From Candidatus Phocaeicola excrementigallinarum (GTDB lineage: Bacteria; Bacteroidota; Bacteroidia; Bacteroidales; Bacteroidaceae): a DNA stretch of 64,000 bases. Position numbers and translations under genes: made by a program. Positions 1-10,277 of the stretch are shown here, in pieces. How positions within the stretch are numbered: position 1 is the stretch's first letter; each line of letters begins with the position of its first letter. Where the stretch lies: positions 5,618 through 69,617 of the forward strand of contig DWVR01000051.1 of the NCBI GenBank assembly GCA_019120125.1, read 5' to 3'. The notes below the pieces were generated by a model. It had not been told where the DNA came from. It ran no database searches and worked only from the letters and a program-made list of their open reading frames with translations.

Positions 1-252
1 CTGAGTAAAGGCTTCCAGCTTTTCGGCAAAAGCTCGCACGGCTTCCTGACCAACGAGGCTGCAATGATTGCCGTGGAAACGCGTACCTCATCGCCCGTCA
101 GAATCAGCCGTGACCCGGAAACTTTGCAGCATGTGAATGTGGAAGGTCTGTTCCCCTGCGGAGAAGGTGCCGGATATGCCGGAGGGATCGTCTCGGCAGG
201 CATCGACGGAGAGCGCTGCGCGGAAGCGGCGTATGAGTTTTTAAGAAGATAG
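1..252 (+). CDS. C-terminal end of an FAD-dependent oxidoreductase-like protein (5' end outside window)
   Basis: Frame 1 is open from base 1 to the stop at 250-252. The tail ...LFPCGEGAGYAGGIVSAGIDGERCAEA resembles the C-terminus of COG2509-type FAD-dependent dehydrogenases. Confidence 0.55.
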   Translation: MSKGFQLFGKSSHGFLTNEAAMIAVETRTSSPVRISRDPETLQHVNVEGLFPCGEGAGYAGGIVSAGIDGERCAEAAYEFLRR

Positions 253-260
253 AGAAGCCC

Positions 261-845
261 ATGAAACCAACCTCACCGGAAATAGCGATTATCGAACAGA
301 ATACGTTGACGGCGCTCGGACTGCAGACCATCCTTGAGGAACTGATTCCGGAGGCGGTCATCCGTACGTTCCAGACATTCGCCCAACTTATCGACGACAC
401 GCCCGACATGTACGCACACTACTTCGTGTCGGCCAACATCTATTTCGCGCATACGGCCTTCTTTCTGGAACGGAAGCCTAAAAGCATCGTGCTCACAACA
501 GGGGAACAGCCGCCGCTGAACGGCATCCCTACCCTCAATGTCTGTTTTCCCCAGGACAAGCTCGTGAAATCAATCATGCGGCTGAGAGAGACGGGACACG
601 GAAACATGCGCCATCCCACGCCGGAGACACAGACAGAAAACGAACTGACTCCACGAGAAATCGAGGTGCTGGTGCTCGTGACCAGGGGACTCATCAACAA
701 GGAGATCGCCGAAAAGCTACACATCGGTCTCACCACGGTCATCTCCCACCGGAAGAACATTACCGAAAAACTGGGCATCAAATCGGTTTCGGGACTGGCC
801 GTCTATGCCGTGATGCACGGATACGTGGATGCCGACAGCATCTGA
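261..845 (+). CDS. LuxR-family HTH transcriptional regulator with receiver-like N-terminal domain lacking the usual acidic residues
   Basis: 194 aa. C-terminal LTPREIEVLVLVTRGLINKEIAEKLHIGLTTVISHRKNI is a classic LuxR/GerE HTH. The N-terminal fold-like region has EQ and S where DD and the phospho-Asp are expected (by-eye alignment). Starts 8 nt after the previous stop. Confidence 0.8.
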   Translation: MKPTSPEIAIIEQNTLTALGLQTILEELIPEAVIRTFQTFAQLIDDTPDMYAHYFVSANIYFAHTAFFLERKPKSIVLTTGEQPPLNGIPTLNVCFPQDKLVKSIMRLRETGHGNMRHPTPETQTENELTPREIEVLVLVTRGLINKEIAEKLHIGLTTVISHRKNITEKLGIKSVSGLAVYAVMHGYVDADSI

Positions 846-934
846 GTCTCGCCTTATCCTCATAAATTAGGATTGCGGGAACGGAAAAGATGCTGTTATT
901 TTGCAGCCGGAAAAAACAAACTAAAACGACAGGA

Positions 935-3310
935 ATGAAAAGACATCAGATACTGGCTGGACTGATACTGGCTGCCGTATGCCCGGCAATGGCCGACAAC
1001 GTGAATACATACCCTCTATTGCCAAACGACACGACAAAGGTGATTGACATCGAGGAGGTGGTGGTCATCGCCACTCCCAAGGAGAATACCCGGCTCAGGC
1101 AGCAGCCTGTTTCCTCAACCTCCCTCTCGCAGGAGGATATGCGGAACAATGCCGTGACTTCGGTCAAATCGCTCTCGTCGCTCGTGCCCAACCTTTTCAT
1201 TCCCGACTACGGGTCGAAGCTGACTACCTCGGTCTACATCCGGGGAATCGGCTCGCGGATCAACACACCGGCCATCGGACTGTATGTGGACAATATCCCG
1301 TTCATTGACAAGTCGGCCTTCGACTTCAACTATGCCGACGTGGAACGCATCGACGTGATGCGTGGCCCGCAGGGTACGCTCTACGGACGCAACACCATGG
1401 GAGGACTGATCCGTATCTTCACCAAATCACCGTTCACCTACCAGGGCACCGACCTCCGGCTGAGTGCCGCCACCTACAACAACTACCAGGCCTCCGTGAC
1501 GCACTACCACCGCATCAGTCCCCGGTTCGCCTTCTCGGCAGGTGCCTTCTATAACCATAAGGGAGGATTCTTCAAGAACAGCTACAACGACAAACGCATT
1601 GACACTGACAACGAGTTCGGAGGACGGATGCGCGCCATCTGGCTTCCGACGGAGAACCTGAAACTTGACTTTACCGTCAACTACGAATATACGAACCAGG
1701 GAGGCTACCCCTACGAATATACCGGAAGGACAGACGGGAACACGGAGGACAGGGCGGACTACATCGGAAAAATCTCCTACGACAATCCGTGCGGCTACAA
1801 GCGCAACCTGATCAATTCCGGCTTCAATCTGGAATATCAGGGCAGGGACTTCACACTGAGCAGTGTGACAGGCTTCCAGTATCTCTACGACCAGATGGAT
1901 CTGGACCAGGACTTCACCGAACAGAACATCTACACGATGATGCAGAAACAGAACTCGAAAACGCTGAGCGAGGAAATCGTGATGAAATCGAAACCGGGAG
2001 GCCGCTGGCAATGGGCCACCGGCGTGAGCGGATTCTACCAGTGGCTGGACACGGAAGCTCCTGTCACTTTCCAACACGATGGGGTGAAGTCTATGATTGA
2101 GGACAATGTGAACTCCATCTTCCCGAACGGAAACCCGGCCGCACCTACCCTGCACCTGACAGTAAACAATCCGACCCTGACCGTGCCGGGCAGCTTCGAC
2201 ACACCTACCCTCAACGGTGCCGTCTACCACCAGTCGACCATCAATGACCTGCTTGCAGAGGGATTGTCGCTTACCGTAGGGCTCCGCCTCGACTATGAGA
2301 AAATCCGAATGCGCTACAACTCCAGTGCCGACATGGACTTCGATTTCCTGTTCGGAATGGGACCGGTACAGCTTACCAGCGAAAACCTGCACGCCATCAG
2401 CTCGTTCATCGGAAAAGAATCAACCGACTATGTCCAGCTGCTGCCCAAATTCGCGCTGGAATACGCATGGAATCCGCAAAACAACGTGTACGCAAGCGTC
2501 ACGAAAGGATACCGCTCGGGAGGCTACAACATCCAGATGTTCTCCGACTTGATACAGACCTCACTGAAAAACTCCATGATTGACGCGCTGGCCGCCGACC
2601 CGAACTTCAGCCGCTTCGCCCAGATGTTCGAGGGATTCAAGGACCCTTCGCCGTCCATCAAGGACGCCACGCTCTACAAGCCCGAATATTCGTGGAACTA
2701 TGAGGTGGGAACCCACCTGACGCTGTTCGGCGGAAAGCTTCAGGCTGACCTGGCCGCGTTCTACATGGACACGCACGACCAGCAAATCTCACGCTTCGCC
2801 GAAAGCGGACTGGGACGGGTGACCGTAAACGCCGGAAAGAGCCGCAGCATCGGAGCGGAAATCAGCCTGCGCTCTCAGATTACGGATGCATTCAGCCTGT
2901 ACGGCAACTACGGATACACTTACGCCACCTTCACCGACTACATGCTGAGCGATACGGAGGACTATAACGGGAATTATGTACCGTTCGTCCCCAAGCACAC
3001 GTTTACCTTGGGCGGACAATATGTTTTCAATCTCCGCAAAGGTGCATGGCTCGACAACATTACGGTCAACGCCAACTACCGGGCGGCAGGGCGCATCTAC
3101 TGGACGGAACAGAACAACGCCAGCCAGCCGCTTTACGGCGTGCTCAACGGACGTGTCAGCCTGAACAAAGGACACGCGCAAATCGGCCTTTGGATCAATA
3201 ATGCCCTGAACAAGGATTATCAGGCATTCTATTTCGAGACCATGAACCGCGGTTTCGCCCAACAGGGCCGTCCCCTCCAAGTGGGCATCGACCTGCGCTG
3301 CCGGTTCTGA
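935..3310 (+). CDS. TonB-dependent outer-membrane receptor (siderophore/metal-type, about 791 aa)
   Basis: Signal peptide MKRHQILAGLILAAVCPAMA, plug region (IRGIGSR, DVMRGPQGTLYGRNTMGG), long beta-barrel ending in ...GIDLRCRF. The ATG at 935 is preferred over the ORF-track start at 890. Confidence 0.9.
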   Translation: MKRHQILAGLILAAVCPAMADNVNTYPLLPNDTTKVIDIEEVVVIATPKENTRLRQQPVSSTSLSQEDMRNNAVTSVKSLSSLVPNLFIPDYGSKLTTSVYIRGIGSRINTPAIGLYVDNIPFIDKSAFDFNYADVERIDVMRGPQGTLYGRNTMGGLIRIFTKSPFTYQGTDLRLSAATYNNYQASVTHYHRISPRFAFSAGAFYNHKGGFFKNSYNDKRIDTDNEFGGRMRAIWLPTENLKLDFTVNYEYTNQGGYPYEYTGRTDGNTEDRADYIGKISYDNPCGYKRNLINSGFNLEYQGRDFTLSSVTGFQYLYDQMDLDQDFTEQNIYTMMQKQNSKTLSEEIVMKSKPGGRWQWATGVSGFYQWLDTEAPVTFQHDGVKSMIEDNVNSIFPNGNPAAPTLHLTVNNPTLTVPGSFDTPTLNGAVYHQSTINDLLAEGLSLTVGLRLDYEKIRMRYNSSADMDFDFLFGMGPVQLTSENLHAISSFIGKESTDYVQLLPKFALEYAWNPQNNVYASVTKGYRSGGYNIQMFSDLIQTSLKNSMIDALAADPNFSRFAQMFEGFKDPSPSIKDATLYKPEYSWNYEVGTHLTLFGGKLQADLAAFYMDTHDQQISRFAESGLGRVTVNAGKSRSIGAEISLRSQITDAFSLYGNYGYTYATFTDYMLSDTEDYNGNYVPFVPKHTFTLGGQYVFNLRKGAWLDNITVNANYRAAGRIYWTEQNNASQPLYGVLNGRVSLNKGHAQIGLWINNALNKDYQAFYFETMNRGFAQQGRPLQVGIDLRCRF

Positions 3311-3369
3311 CACCTCCAGAAAGCGCAGATTGTTTCACACAAAAGAATGGTAATATGTGACATATTTAT

Positions 3370-3377
3370 TATTTTTG
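3370..3377 (+). promoter_or_regulatory. Bacteroides-type -7 box TATTTTTG upstream of cstA
   Basis: Matches the TAnnTTTG consensus, 28 nt before the ATG at 3405. Confidence 0.35.
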
Positions 3378-3404
3378 CACCGTTTTAACGTCAAATTTAA
3401 TGAT

Positions 3405-4832
3405 ATGATTACATTTACTATCGCTTTAGCCTTGCTTCTGACAGGCTATTGGGCATACGGCAGCTTCATCAACCGCATCTTCGCCCCCGACCCGAGCCGC
3501 AAGACTCCGGCCATCACAAAAGCCGACGGAGTGGATTACATTCCGCTCCCTACGTGGAAAATATTCATGATCCAGTTCCTGAACATTGCGGGACTGGGAC
3601 CGATCTTCGGTGCCATCATGGGCGCACAGTTCGGCACGGCGTCTTATATCTGGATTGTGGCCGGCACGATATTCGCCGGAGCCGTCCATGATTTCCTTTC
3701 CGGCACGCTCTCGCTCCGCCACGACGGAGAAAGCCTTCCGGAACAGATAGGTCGCTTTCTGGGCCTGCGGACAAAGAAAGTGGCATGTGTGTTCACCATG
3801 ATCCTGATGGTGCTGGTAGGGGCCGTATTCGTTTCCGGTCCGGCCGAGCTGCTGGCAGGAATGACCCCCGAGTACCTTGATGTCTATTTCTGGATGGCGG
3901 TAATATTCATCTACTATATACTCGCCACCATGCTTCCCATCGACCAGATTATCGGACGCATCTATCCGCTCTTTGCCGTGGCCCTGCTGTTCATGGCCGT
4001 CGGCATTCTGGTGATGCTCTACGTGAAAGCTCCCGACCTGCCTGAAATGTGGAACGGATTCGGCACGAAATATGAAAAGAATCCCATCTTCCCGATGATG
4101 TTCATCTCCATTGCCTGCGGAGCCATCAGCGGTTTCCATGCTACACAGTCGCCTCTGATGGCACGGTGCATCACGAACGAGAAGCACTGCCGCCCGATAT
4201 TCTACGGAGCCATGGTGACCGAAGGCATCGTGGCGCTCATCTGGGCCGCGGCGGCCACCTGGTTTTTCCAAGAAAACGGTATTGTGGACAAGACGACAGG
4301 AATCGCCTACTCCGGCGCCAAGGTAGCGACCGACATCTCGATAGAATGGCTCGGAAGTTTCGGAGGGATACTGGCGATTCTGGGTATCGTGGCCGCTCCC
4401 ATCACCAGCGGTGACACGGCACTCCGTTCCGCACGGTTGATTGTAGCCGATTTCTTCCACATCGAGCAACGGAGCATCCGCAAACGCCTGCTGATATGCA
4501 TTCCCATCTTTCTGGTTACCATGGGACTGCTTGTGTACAGCTTCAGCGATGCTGACGGATTCAAGATTATCTGGAGATACTTCGCATGGTGCAACCAGAC
4601 GCTGGCCGTGTTCACTCTATGGGCCATCACCGTCTGGATGGTACAGGCCAGAAAGAATTATTGGCTGACACTCATCCCGGCGCTGTTCATGACGAGCGTA
4701 TGCAGCACCTACATCGTGATTGCTCCTGAAGGACTGAGTCTGCCGCCGGCAGTGGCCTATCCTATCGGCATTATATGCACGGTGATAGCCGCGGTATGGT
4801 TCTTCCTGTGGTTCAGAAAACAGGCAAAATAA
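3405..4832 (+). CDS. cstA: Carbon starvation protein A (peptide/pyruvate transporter family)
   Basis: About 475 aa polytopic membrane protein with CstA-like motifs (FGAIMGAQFG, ACGAISGFHATQSP). The internal ATG at 3405 is preferred to the GTG at 3357. Confidence 0.85.
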   Translation: MITFTIALALLLTGYWAYGSFINRIFAPDPSRKTPAITKADGVDYIPLPTWKIFMIQFLNIAGLGPIFGAIMGAQFGTASYIWIVAGTIFAGAVHDFLSGTLSLRHDGESLPEQIGRFLGLRTKKVACVFTMILMVLVGAVFVSGPAELLAGMTPEYLDVYFWMAVIFIYYILATMLPIDQIIGRIYPLFAVALLFMAVGILVMLYVKAPDLPEMWNGFGTKYEKNPIFPMMFISIACGAISGFHATQSPLMARCITNEKHCRPIFYGAMVTEGIVALIWAAAATWFFQENGIVDKTTGIAYSGAKVATDISIEWLGSFGGILAILGIVAAPITSGDTALRSARLIVADFFHIEQRSIRKRLLICIPIFLVTMGLLVYSFSDADGFKIIWRYFAWCNQTLAVFTLWAITVWMVQARKNYWLTLIPALFMTSVCSTYIVIAPEGLSLPPAVAYPIGIICTVIAAVWFFLWFRKQAK

Positions 4833-4846
4833 ATGAAAGACTAAGC

Positions 4847-4923
4847 ACAAAGACGCGGAGGAACGGGGTATACATTATTGAGGAATCAGCCTCATATAAA
4901 ACCCCGTACCTCCGCGTCTTTGT
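4847..4923. terminator. Long hairpin between convergent cstA and prfC (23-bp stem, 1 mismatch, 31-nt loop)
   Basis: ACAAAGACGCGGAGGAACGGGGT (4847-4869) pairs with ACCCCGTACCTCCGCGTCTTTGT (4901-4923). Confidence 0.55.
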
Positions 4924-4940
4924 ATTCTGACGAACAGGAC

Positions 4941-6512
4941 CTAGAATTCACTGGTGAAATGGAACCTGATGTGCTTGAAATCGTTCTGAGCCATCTGCAA
5001 CACATAATTGCTGTCGGCCAGAAACACATCGCGTCCCTCACGGTCTTTGGCCATATACTGATATTTGCGCTTCTTGAAAGCTTCCAGCTCGGCCGGATCA
5101 TCACTCTCAATCCAACATGCCTTATACAGGCTCACCGGTTCCCAACGGCACTTGGCGTTGTATTCATTCTCCAGACGGTACTGGATGACCTCAAACTGCA
5201 GCTGCCCGACTGTACCGATGATCTTGCGCCCGTTGAACTGATTGACAAACAACTGGGCCACACCCTCGTCCATCAGCTGGTCGATTCCCTTGTTCAACTG
5301 CTTTGTCTTCATCGGATCGGCATTCTCGATATACTTGAACATCTCCGGAGAAAAGCTGGGCAGTCCCTTGAAATGCAACACTTCGCCTTCGGTCAGTGTA
5401 TCGCCGATCTTGAACACGCCGTTGTCCGGCAAACCGATGATGTCGCCCGCCCAAGCCTCATCTACCGTTGTCTTGCGCTGGGCCATGAACTGAGTGGGAG
5501 AAGAAAAACGCATGGTCTTGTTGTGGCGCACATGAAGATACGGTGTGTTGCGGGCAAACTTACCTGAGCAGACCTTACAAAAGGCTACGCACGAACGGTG
5601 GTTGGGGTCAATGTTCGCGGTAATCTTGAACACGAAACCGGTAAACTTCGGTTCTTCCGGCATCACAATGCGCTCCTCCGCCTGCACGGGACGGGGACTC
5701 GGCGCGATTTCCACAAAGCAGTCCAACAGTTCCTGTACACCGAAATTGTTCAATGCCGAACCGAAGAACACGGGAGCGAGCTCTCCTTTCAGATAATCGT
5801 CCACGTCAAACTCCGGATATACCCCTTCGATAAGCTCCAATTCGTTTCTGAGTTTCTCGGCAAGCGGCGTTCCGATGTGGTTGTCAAGATCCTCCGTATG
5901 GATATCCACTTCCACCTTCTCCGTCACCACCTGTTTGGAAGGCTGGAAAAGGTTCAGTTTCTTTTCGTAAATGTTATACACGCCTCTGAAACGGGGACCG
6001 CTTTCGATAGGCCATGTCAGCGGGCGCACATTAATCACAAGTTCATTCTCAAGTTCGTCCAACAAATCGAACGGGTCTTTCGCCTCGCGGTCCATCTTGT
6101 TGACAAAGATGATGACCGGAGTGTTGCGCATACGGCACACCTCCATCAGCTTGCGTGTCTGAGTCTCCACACCCTTCGCACCGTCCACCACAATAATGAC
6201 ACTGTCCACAGCCGTCAGCGTGCGGTAAGTGTCTTCCGCAAAGTCCTGATGTCCCGGTGTGTCCAGAATATTCACCTTATAGTCACGGTAATCAAATTCC
6301 ATCACGGAAGTAGTTACCGAGATACCACGCTGTTTTTCAATGTCCATCCAGTCGGAAGTGGCCGTCTTTCTGATCTTGTTCGATTTCACCGCTCCGGCCA
6401 CCTGTATCTGACCGCCGAAAAGCAAGAGTTTTTCCGTCAACGAAGTCTTACCGGCATCCGGATGCGCGATAATAGCAAAAGTCCTTCTTCTTTCTATTTC
6501 CTGATTCGCCAT
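4941..6512 (-). CDS. prfC: Peptide chain release factor 3
   Basis: 523 aa. N-terminus [35 protein letters not shown] and NKMD GTPase motifs typical of RF3. Confidence 0.95.
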   Translation of the reverse strand: MANQEIERRRTFAIIAHPDAGKTSLTEKLLLFGGQIQVAGAVKSNKIRKTATSDWMDIEKQRGISVTTSVMEFDYRDYKVNILDTPGHQDFAEDTYRTLTAVDSVIIVVDGAKGVETQTRKLMEVCRMRNTPVIIFVNKMDREAKDPFDLLDELENELVINVRPLTWPIESGPRFRGVYNIYEKKLNLFQPSKQVVTEKVEVDIHTEDLDNHIGTPLAEKLRNELELIEGVYPEFDVDDYLKGELAPVFFGSALNNFGVQELLDCFVEIAPSPRPVQAEERIVMPEEPKFTGFVFKITANIDPNHRSCVAFCKVCSGKFARNTPYLHVRHNKTMRFSSPTQFMAQRKTTVDEAWAGDIIGLPDNGVFKIGDTLTEGEVLHFKGLPSFSPEMFKYIENADPMKTKQLNKGIDQLMDEGVAQLFVNQFNGRKIIGTVGQLQFEVIQYRLENEYNAKCRWEPVSLYKACWIESDDPAELEAFKKRKYQYMAKDREGRDVFLADSNYVLQMAQNDFKHIRFHFTSEF

Positions 6513-6539
6513 ATGTTTATTGTTGTTCTTTTTCAGTTT

Positions 6540-7397
6540 TCAACTCTCAAGCCGGGAGATGCAATCCTTCAGGCTGTCCACCCAATAAGGTATCTCCACT
6601 TCATACACCTGCTTGATTTTTGTCTTGTCGAGCACGGAATAATGAGGACGTGTGGCACGTGTCGGGTAATCTTCCGTGTGCAACGGACGTACCTTGCATG
6701 TACCGATACCCGCCAGCTTATGAATCATCTTCGTGAAATCGTACCAGGAACATACCCCCTCGTTGCTGAAATGATAAATGCCCGGCACAATGCCTTTGTT
6801 CAGAGCCACATAGATGACAGCTGCCAGATCACGCGCATAAGTAGGGGTACCAATCTGGTCGAAAATCACTCCCAACGTATCTTTCTCACGGCCCAGACGA
6901 AGCATGGTCTTCACGAAATTGTTGCCGAATGTGGAATACAGCCAGGCCGTACGGATAACCATCGTGTCCGGACAATATTTCATCGCCTCCTGCTCGCCCG
7001 CCAGCTTGGTTGTGCCATACACGGAATTGGGAGAAGTGGACTGCTCTTCCCCGTAAGGGACGTGTGCCGTCCCGTCGAACACATAATCCGTGGATATCTG
7101 CACCAGACAGCCTCCCCGGCTCTGGACCGCCTTGGCCAGATAACCCGGAGCCAGATGATTCAGACGGTCACACAGCTCCACGTTGTCTTCCGCCTTGTCC
7201 ACCGCCGTATAGGCGGCACAGTTCACAATCACATCAATCTGATGTTCCGTCACATACCGCATGACCGCCTGCTCATCGCAGATATCCAGTTCGGTCACAT
7301 CGGTAAAGAAATAATTGAAAGCCTTGTTCTCTTCGGCCTGCAAACGCATCTCGTTACCCAACTGTCCGTTTGCGCCGGTAACTAACACATTTTTCAT
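6540..7397 (-). CDS. rfbD: dTDP-4-dehydrorhamnose reductase
   Basis: 285 aa. VTGANGQLG Rossmann motif, STDYVFDG, YGTTKLAGE catalytic YxxxK region. Confidence 0.9.
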   Translation of the reverse strand: MKNVLVTGANGQLGNEMRLQAEENKAFNYFFTDVTELDICDEQAVMRYVTEHQIDVIVNCAAYTAVDKAEDNVELCDRLNHLAPGYLAKAVQSRGGCLVQISTDYVFDGTAHVPYGEEQSTSPNSVYGTTKLAGEQEAMKYCPDTMVIRTAWLYSTFGNNFVKTMLRLGREKDTLGVIFDQIGTPTYARDLAAVIYVALNKGIVPGIYHFSNEGVCSWYDFTKMIHKLAGIGTCKVRPLHTEDYPTRATRPHYSVLDKTKIKQVYEVEIPYWVDSLKDCISRLES

Positions 7398-7398
7398 A

Positions 7399-7944
7399 TC
7401 AGTCTAAATCTAATTCTCCTTCCTTTTCCTTTATATAATATCCAGCCAGCATGGCCAGCAGGTCACCGATGGTCTTGATGGCCTTCCGGGTGGCTTCGCT
7501 CACCTCCTTTTTCTGGAGTTTCAGCAGCAGTATTCCGTACATGGCCTCAAAACAGGTCTCCAGCTCCGGTTCTTCCCTGTCGGCTCCCTTGGCACGCAGT
7601 TCCACAATGAAAGGCAGCGCCTTGTAGTAGGCCGCACTATAGTAAGGGAACTTGGGTGAGCGCAACAGGCGCAGGTGCAGATCGGTGAGCCAGATGATGA
7701 TGTTTCTGTTGATCTGCAAGTGACCTTTCTCCATCACACCCTCGTCGTGCATCATCTGGATCAGGTCCTCATACCACCGGGCCATCTCCGTTTTCTGCTC
7801 ATCCGACAGGGGATAAGGGTCGATGACCGTCTTGCGGATTCTTTCCATATCGAATCCGTTGGCACGTATCAAGTCTTCAATCTGCCACATATACAGCAGA
7901 TACTCCGCAATGTTCTTCTGTTTTAACTGTTGAGAGATATACAT
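7399..7944 (-). CDS. Conserved hypothetical protein (DUF4924-like)
   Basis: 181-aa ORF, 1-nt gap to rfbD and 6 nt after the LysE gene. The family name is recalled from Bacteroides synteny, not verified. Confidence 0.65.
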   Translation of the reverse strand: MYISQQLKQKNIAEYLLYMWQIEDLIRANGFDMERIRKTVIDPYPLSDEQKTEMARWYEDLIQMMHDEGVMEKGHLQINRNIIIWLTDLHLRLLRSPKFPYYSAAYYKALPFIVELRAKGADREEPELETCFEAMYGILLLKLQKKEVSEATRKAIKTIGDLLAMLAGYYIKEKEGELDLD

Positions 7945-7950
7945 AGTTGG

Positions 7951-8610
7951 TTACGAAAATGATCTTCCGGTGGCCGCCAGCACAAAACCTACCAGCGCGG
8001 CAATCACGACCACGACCCCGATGATACGGTTCAAGACCCAGATGCCGCGCACATTGAAGCGCGCCCGTACCTTGTTGACAAAATAAGTGATGCTGAACCA
8101 CCAGCTTACGGCTCCCAGAATGATGGCCAGATAGCCCACCAGCTGGAATCCGATGGGACTGCCCGGCATAACAAACGAGAAGCGGGCAAAAAGTCCGATG
8201 AACAGGAAGATGATCAGCGGGTTGGAGAATGTGACAAGGAAAGCAGTGACAAAATTGTGCAGATAAGTGCCCCGCTTTCCCGATGACGGGCGGAGCGCCT
8301 TCACGGGGTTGCTCCGGAATGTATAGATGCCGAAGGCAAACAGCATGATGCTGCCCACCACCTGCAGGAATATCTGGTGCTTCAGAATCAGCTCGTCCAT
8401 GAAACTCATGCCGTAGCCTGTCAGCAGCGCGTAGCAGATGTCACTCAGAGCCGCGCCCAGTCCGGTCACAAAACCGAACCACCGTCCTTTGTTCAACGTC
8501 CGCTGGATACAAAGCACACCCACAGGGCCCAACGGAGCAGATACCACCACGCCCACGATAAACCCTTTTATCAACAAATCCAGTACGGTTACGTGTTCTA
8601 TCCAATTCAT
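7951..8610 (-). CDS. LysE-family amino-acid exporter
   Basis: 219 aa, about 6 TM segments, N-terminal GPVGVLCIQRTL motif typical of LysE/RhtB translocators. Confidence 0.85.
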   Translation of the reverse strand: MNWIEHVTVLDLLIKGFIVGVVVSAPLGPVGVLCIQRTLNKGRWFGFVTGLGAALSDICYALLTGYGMSFMDELILKHQIFLQVVGSIMLFAFGIYTFRSNPVKALRPSSGKRGTYLHNFVTAFLVTFSNPLIIFLFIGLFARFSFVMPGSPIGFQLVGYLAIILGAVSWWFSITYFVNKVRARFNVRGIWVLNRIIGVVVVIAALVGFVLAATGRSFS

Positions 8611-8703
8611 AGTGCAAAGATGCCACTTTTTTACGAAAGTACCTACAAAACCAGATGGGAAATGGACTAAAAACCTTATAAACGCCGCATATTCTTTCTA
8701 TTT

Positions 8704-9858
8704 TTATTGCACAAAACGGACACATACCGCACGGCTCACCGGAATATCCCGCCAGGTATCTTTCAACAGGCCGGTTTCAGGATTCCGTTCAAACACCTGT
8801 ATAAGGTCATCGTCACGGCAGGCCACAAGGAGATATTTCCCGTTGGGCGTGATACCGAAATTACGCGGATGCCTTCCCGTAAGCTGATAGCCGACTTTCG
8901 TAAGAAGGCCTTCGCCATCCACCTTGAAAATAGCAATCCCGTCATGCTTCAGACGATTGCTCGCATAAAGGAATTTTCCGTCGGGACTCAAATGGATATC
9001 CGCACTTCCACGAGCATGTACCTCGTCGGCCTCGACCACTTGCCTGCGGACAAGGCGACCATTCCGATAATCGAACACAACAATATCTCCGGACAACTCG
9101 CCAAGCAGGTAAAGCCGTTTCCCGTCGGGCGAGAAAGTAAAATGACGCGGTCCTGAACCCGGCTCTACCGACACCGAATCGCAAAGCTCCAAACTGTCGC
9201 CCCCGCCGGATACGCTGAAACACATTAGCCGGTCTCCGCTGAAATCGCTGGCTATCACCATCCGGCCGTCGGGAGTGAACGTCGAACAATGGACATGAGG
9301 CGTTGTCTGCCGAAGAGAGTCAACCCCTTTAGCCGTACCATGAAACGACTCCCGAACATTCTCCAAACTTCCGTCCTTCTTCAGTGGAATGAGCGAGAGG
9401 GTTCCGCCCTCATAATCGGCGCTCAACAATATTTTCCCATTAGTGGACAGATGACAAGGCGCCATCCCTGTGCTCGCCTTATTCAGAAAACTCAACTTCC
9501 CCGAATCCTTCGAGAAGGCATACGCACTCACCCCATCGGTCGAATCATTGTTCTCACTTACCGCATACGCACGGCCCGCATCGGCGGAAACAATCACAAA
9601 AGACGGATTGGAAGCATACGTGGAATCGATTAATGCAGCTTTACCCGTCGCCTGATTGAAATGGTAAACATAAATTCCTTCGCTTCCTCCCCCGGTATAG
9701 GTACCAACCAACATGGTCAGTTCATCCGCCTTCCCTTCCGTCGAGGAGGCATATGAACCCATCAATCCGCATACGCCTGCGGCAAACAAGATTCGCACAC
9801 AAGCCGAAAATAATCCCGACATCATAAAATCCTTATCTTTTAAAAGCCTATTCTTCAC
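8704..9858 (-). CDS. Lactonase-family 7-bladed beta-propeller protein (6-phosphogluconolactonase-like), secreted
   Basis: 384 aa with signal peptide. Repeated ...SPDGKFLY / FTPDGR / FSPDGKRLY blade motifs characteristic of the PF10282 lactonase family. Confidence 0.8.
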   Translation of the reverse strand: MKNRLLKDKDFMMSGLFSACVRILFAAGVCGLMGSYASSTEGKADELTMLVGTYTGGGSEGIYVYHFNQATGKAALIDSTYASNPSFVIVSADAGRAYAVSENNDSTDGVSAYAFSKDSGKLSFLNKASTGMAPCHLSTNGKILLSADYEGGTLSLIPLKKDGSLENVRESFHGTAKGVDSLRQTTPHVHCSTFTPDGRMVIASDFSGDRLMCFSVSGGGDSLELCDSVSVEPGSGPRHFTFSPDGKRLYLLGELSGDIVVFDYRNGRLVRRQVVEADEVHARGSADIHLSPDGKFLYASNRLKHDGIAIFKVDGEGLLTKVGYQLTGRHPRNFGITPNGKYLLVACRDDDLIQVFERNPETGLLKDTWRDIPVSRAVCVRFVQ

Positions 9859-10225
9859 ACAATCGTTCTCCTACATTGGACTCTATTGGACAACACGTCC
9901 TCCAATCGTTGCCTTTTGCCGTCGAAATTCTCATTTCTATACTATATGATGTGTCATCTGAGTTCTCGTGTTTATCTTTACAAAGATAAGAGATTTCCAC
10001 CGAATTATCTCCGATTCCGGGACAAGTTGCTAATCGAACAGAATTTTTATTCAGAACGATTGTTAAAAGCCGTATTTTTATCATTCAAGGACAGCCTTAT
10101 ATTATGTCAAAAAGAAGCAATACAAGCAATATACCTATCATAACATCTTATTTTTAGCGGATATTACGACTTTCCCTCAATGTTTTCCACTCAACATGGA
10201 GACAGCCAGTTAACGAATACAAAAG

Positions 10226-10262
10226 GCTTACCCCCTCCAGACGCCTTCTGGAAGGGGTAAGC
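10226..10262 (-). terminator. GC-rich hairpin plus T-run on the minus strand (16-bp stem with one G-U, 5-nt loop)
   Basis: Minus strand reads GCTTACCCCTTCCAGA-AGGCG-TCTGGAGGGGGTAAGC followed by CTTTTGTATT. It lies downstream of the PUL and of repeat array A. A related hairpin occurs at 48271-48299. Confidence 0.45.
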
Positions 10263-10277
10263 GCAAGATATTTTCAG

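Noticed and set aside
846-934. Possible riboswitch (e.g. cobalamin or other) upstream of the TonB-dependent receptor
   Set aside because: The leader is under 90 nt and I recognise no conserved riboswitch core.
1427-2392. 321-aa minus-strand ORF (and similar ones at 3426-4469, 35176-35913, 36698-37273, 31527-32243, 32277-33212, 45686-46786)
   Set aside because: Each is antisense to a confidently assigned gene and lacks motifs. They are treated as shadow ORFs.
5598-7385. 595-aa plus-strand ORF
   Set aside because: It lies entirely antisense to prfC and rfbD, both of which have unmistakable motifs. Its product is low-complexity and Arg/His/Leu-rich, typical of a shadow ORF.
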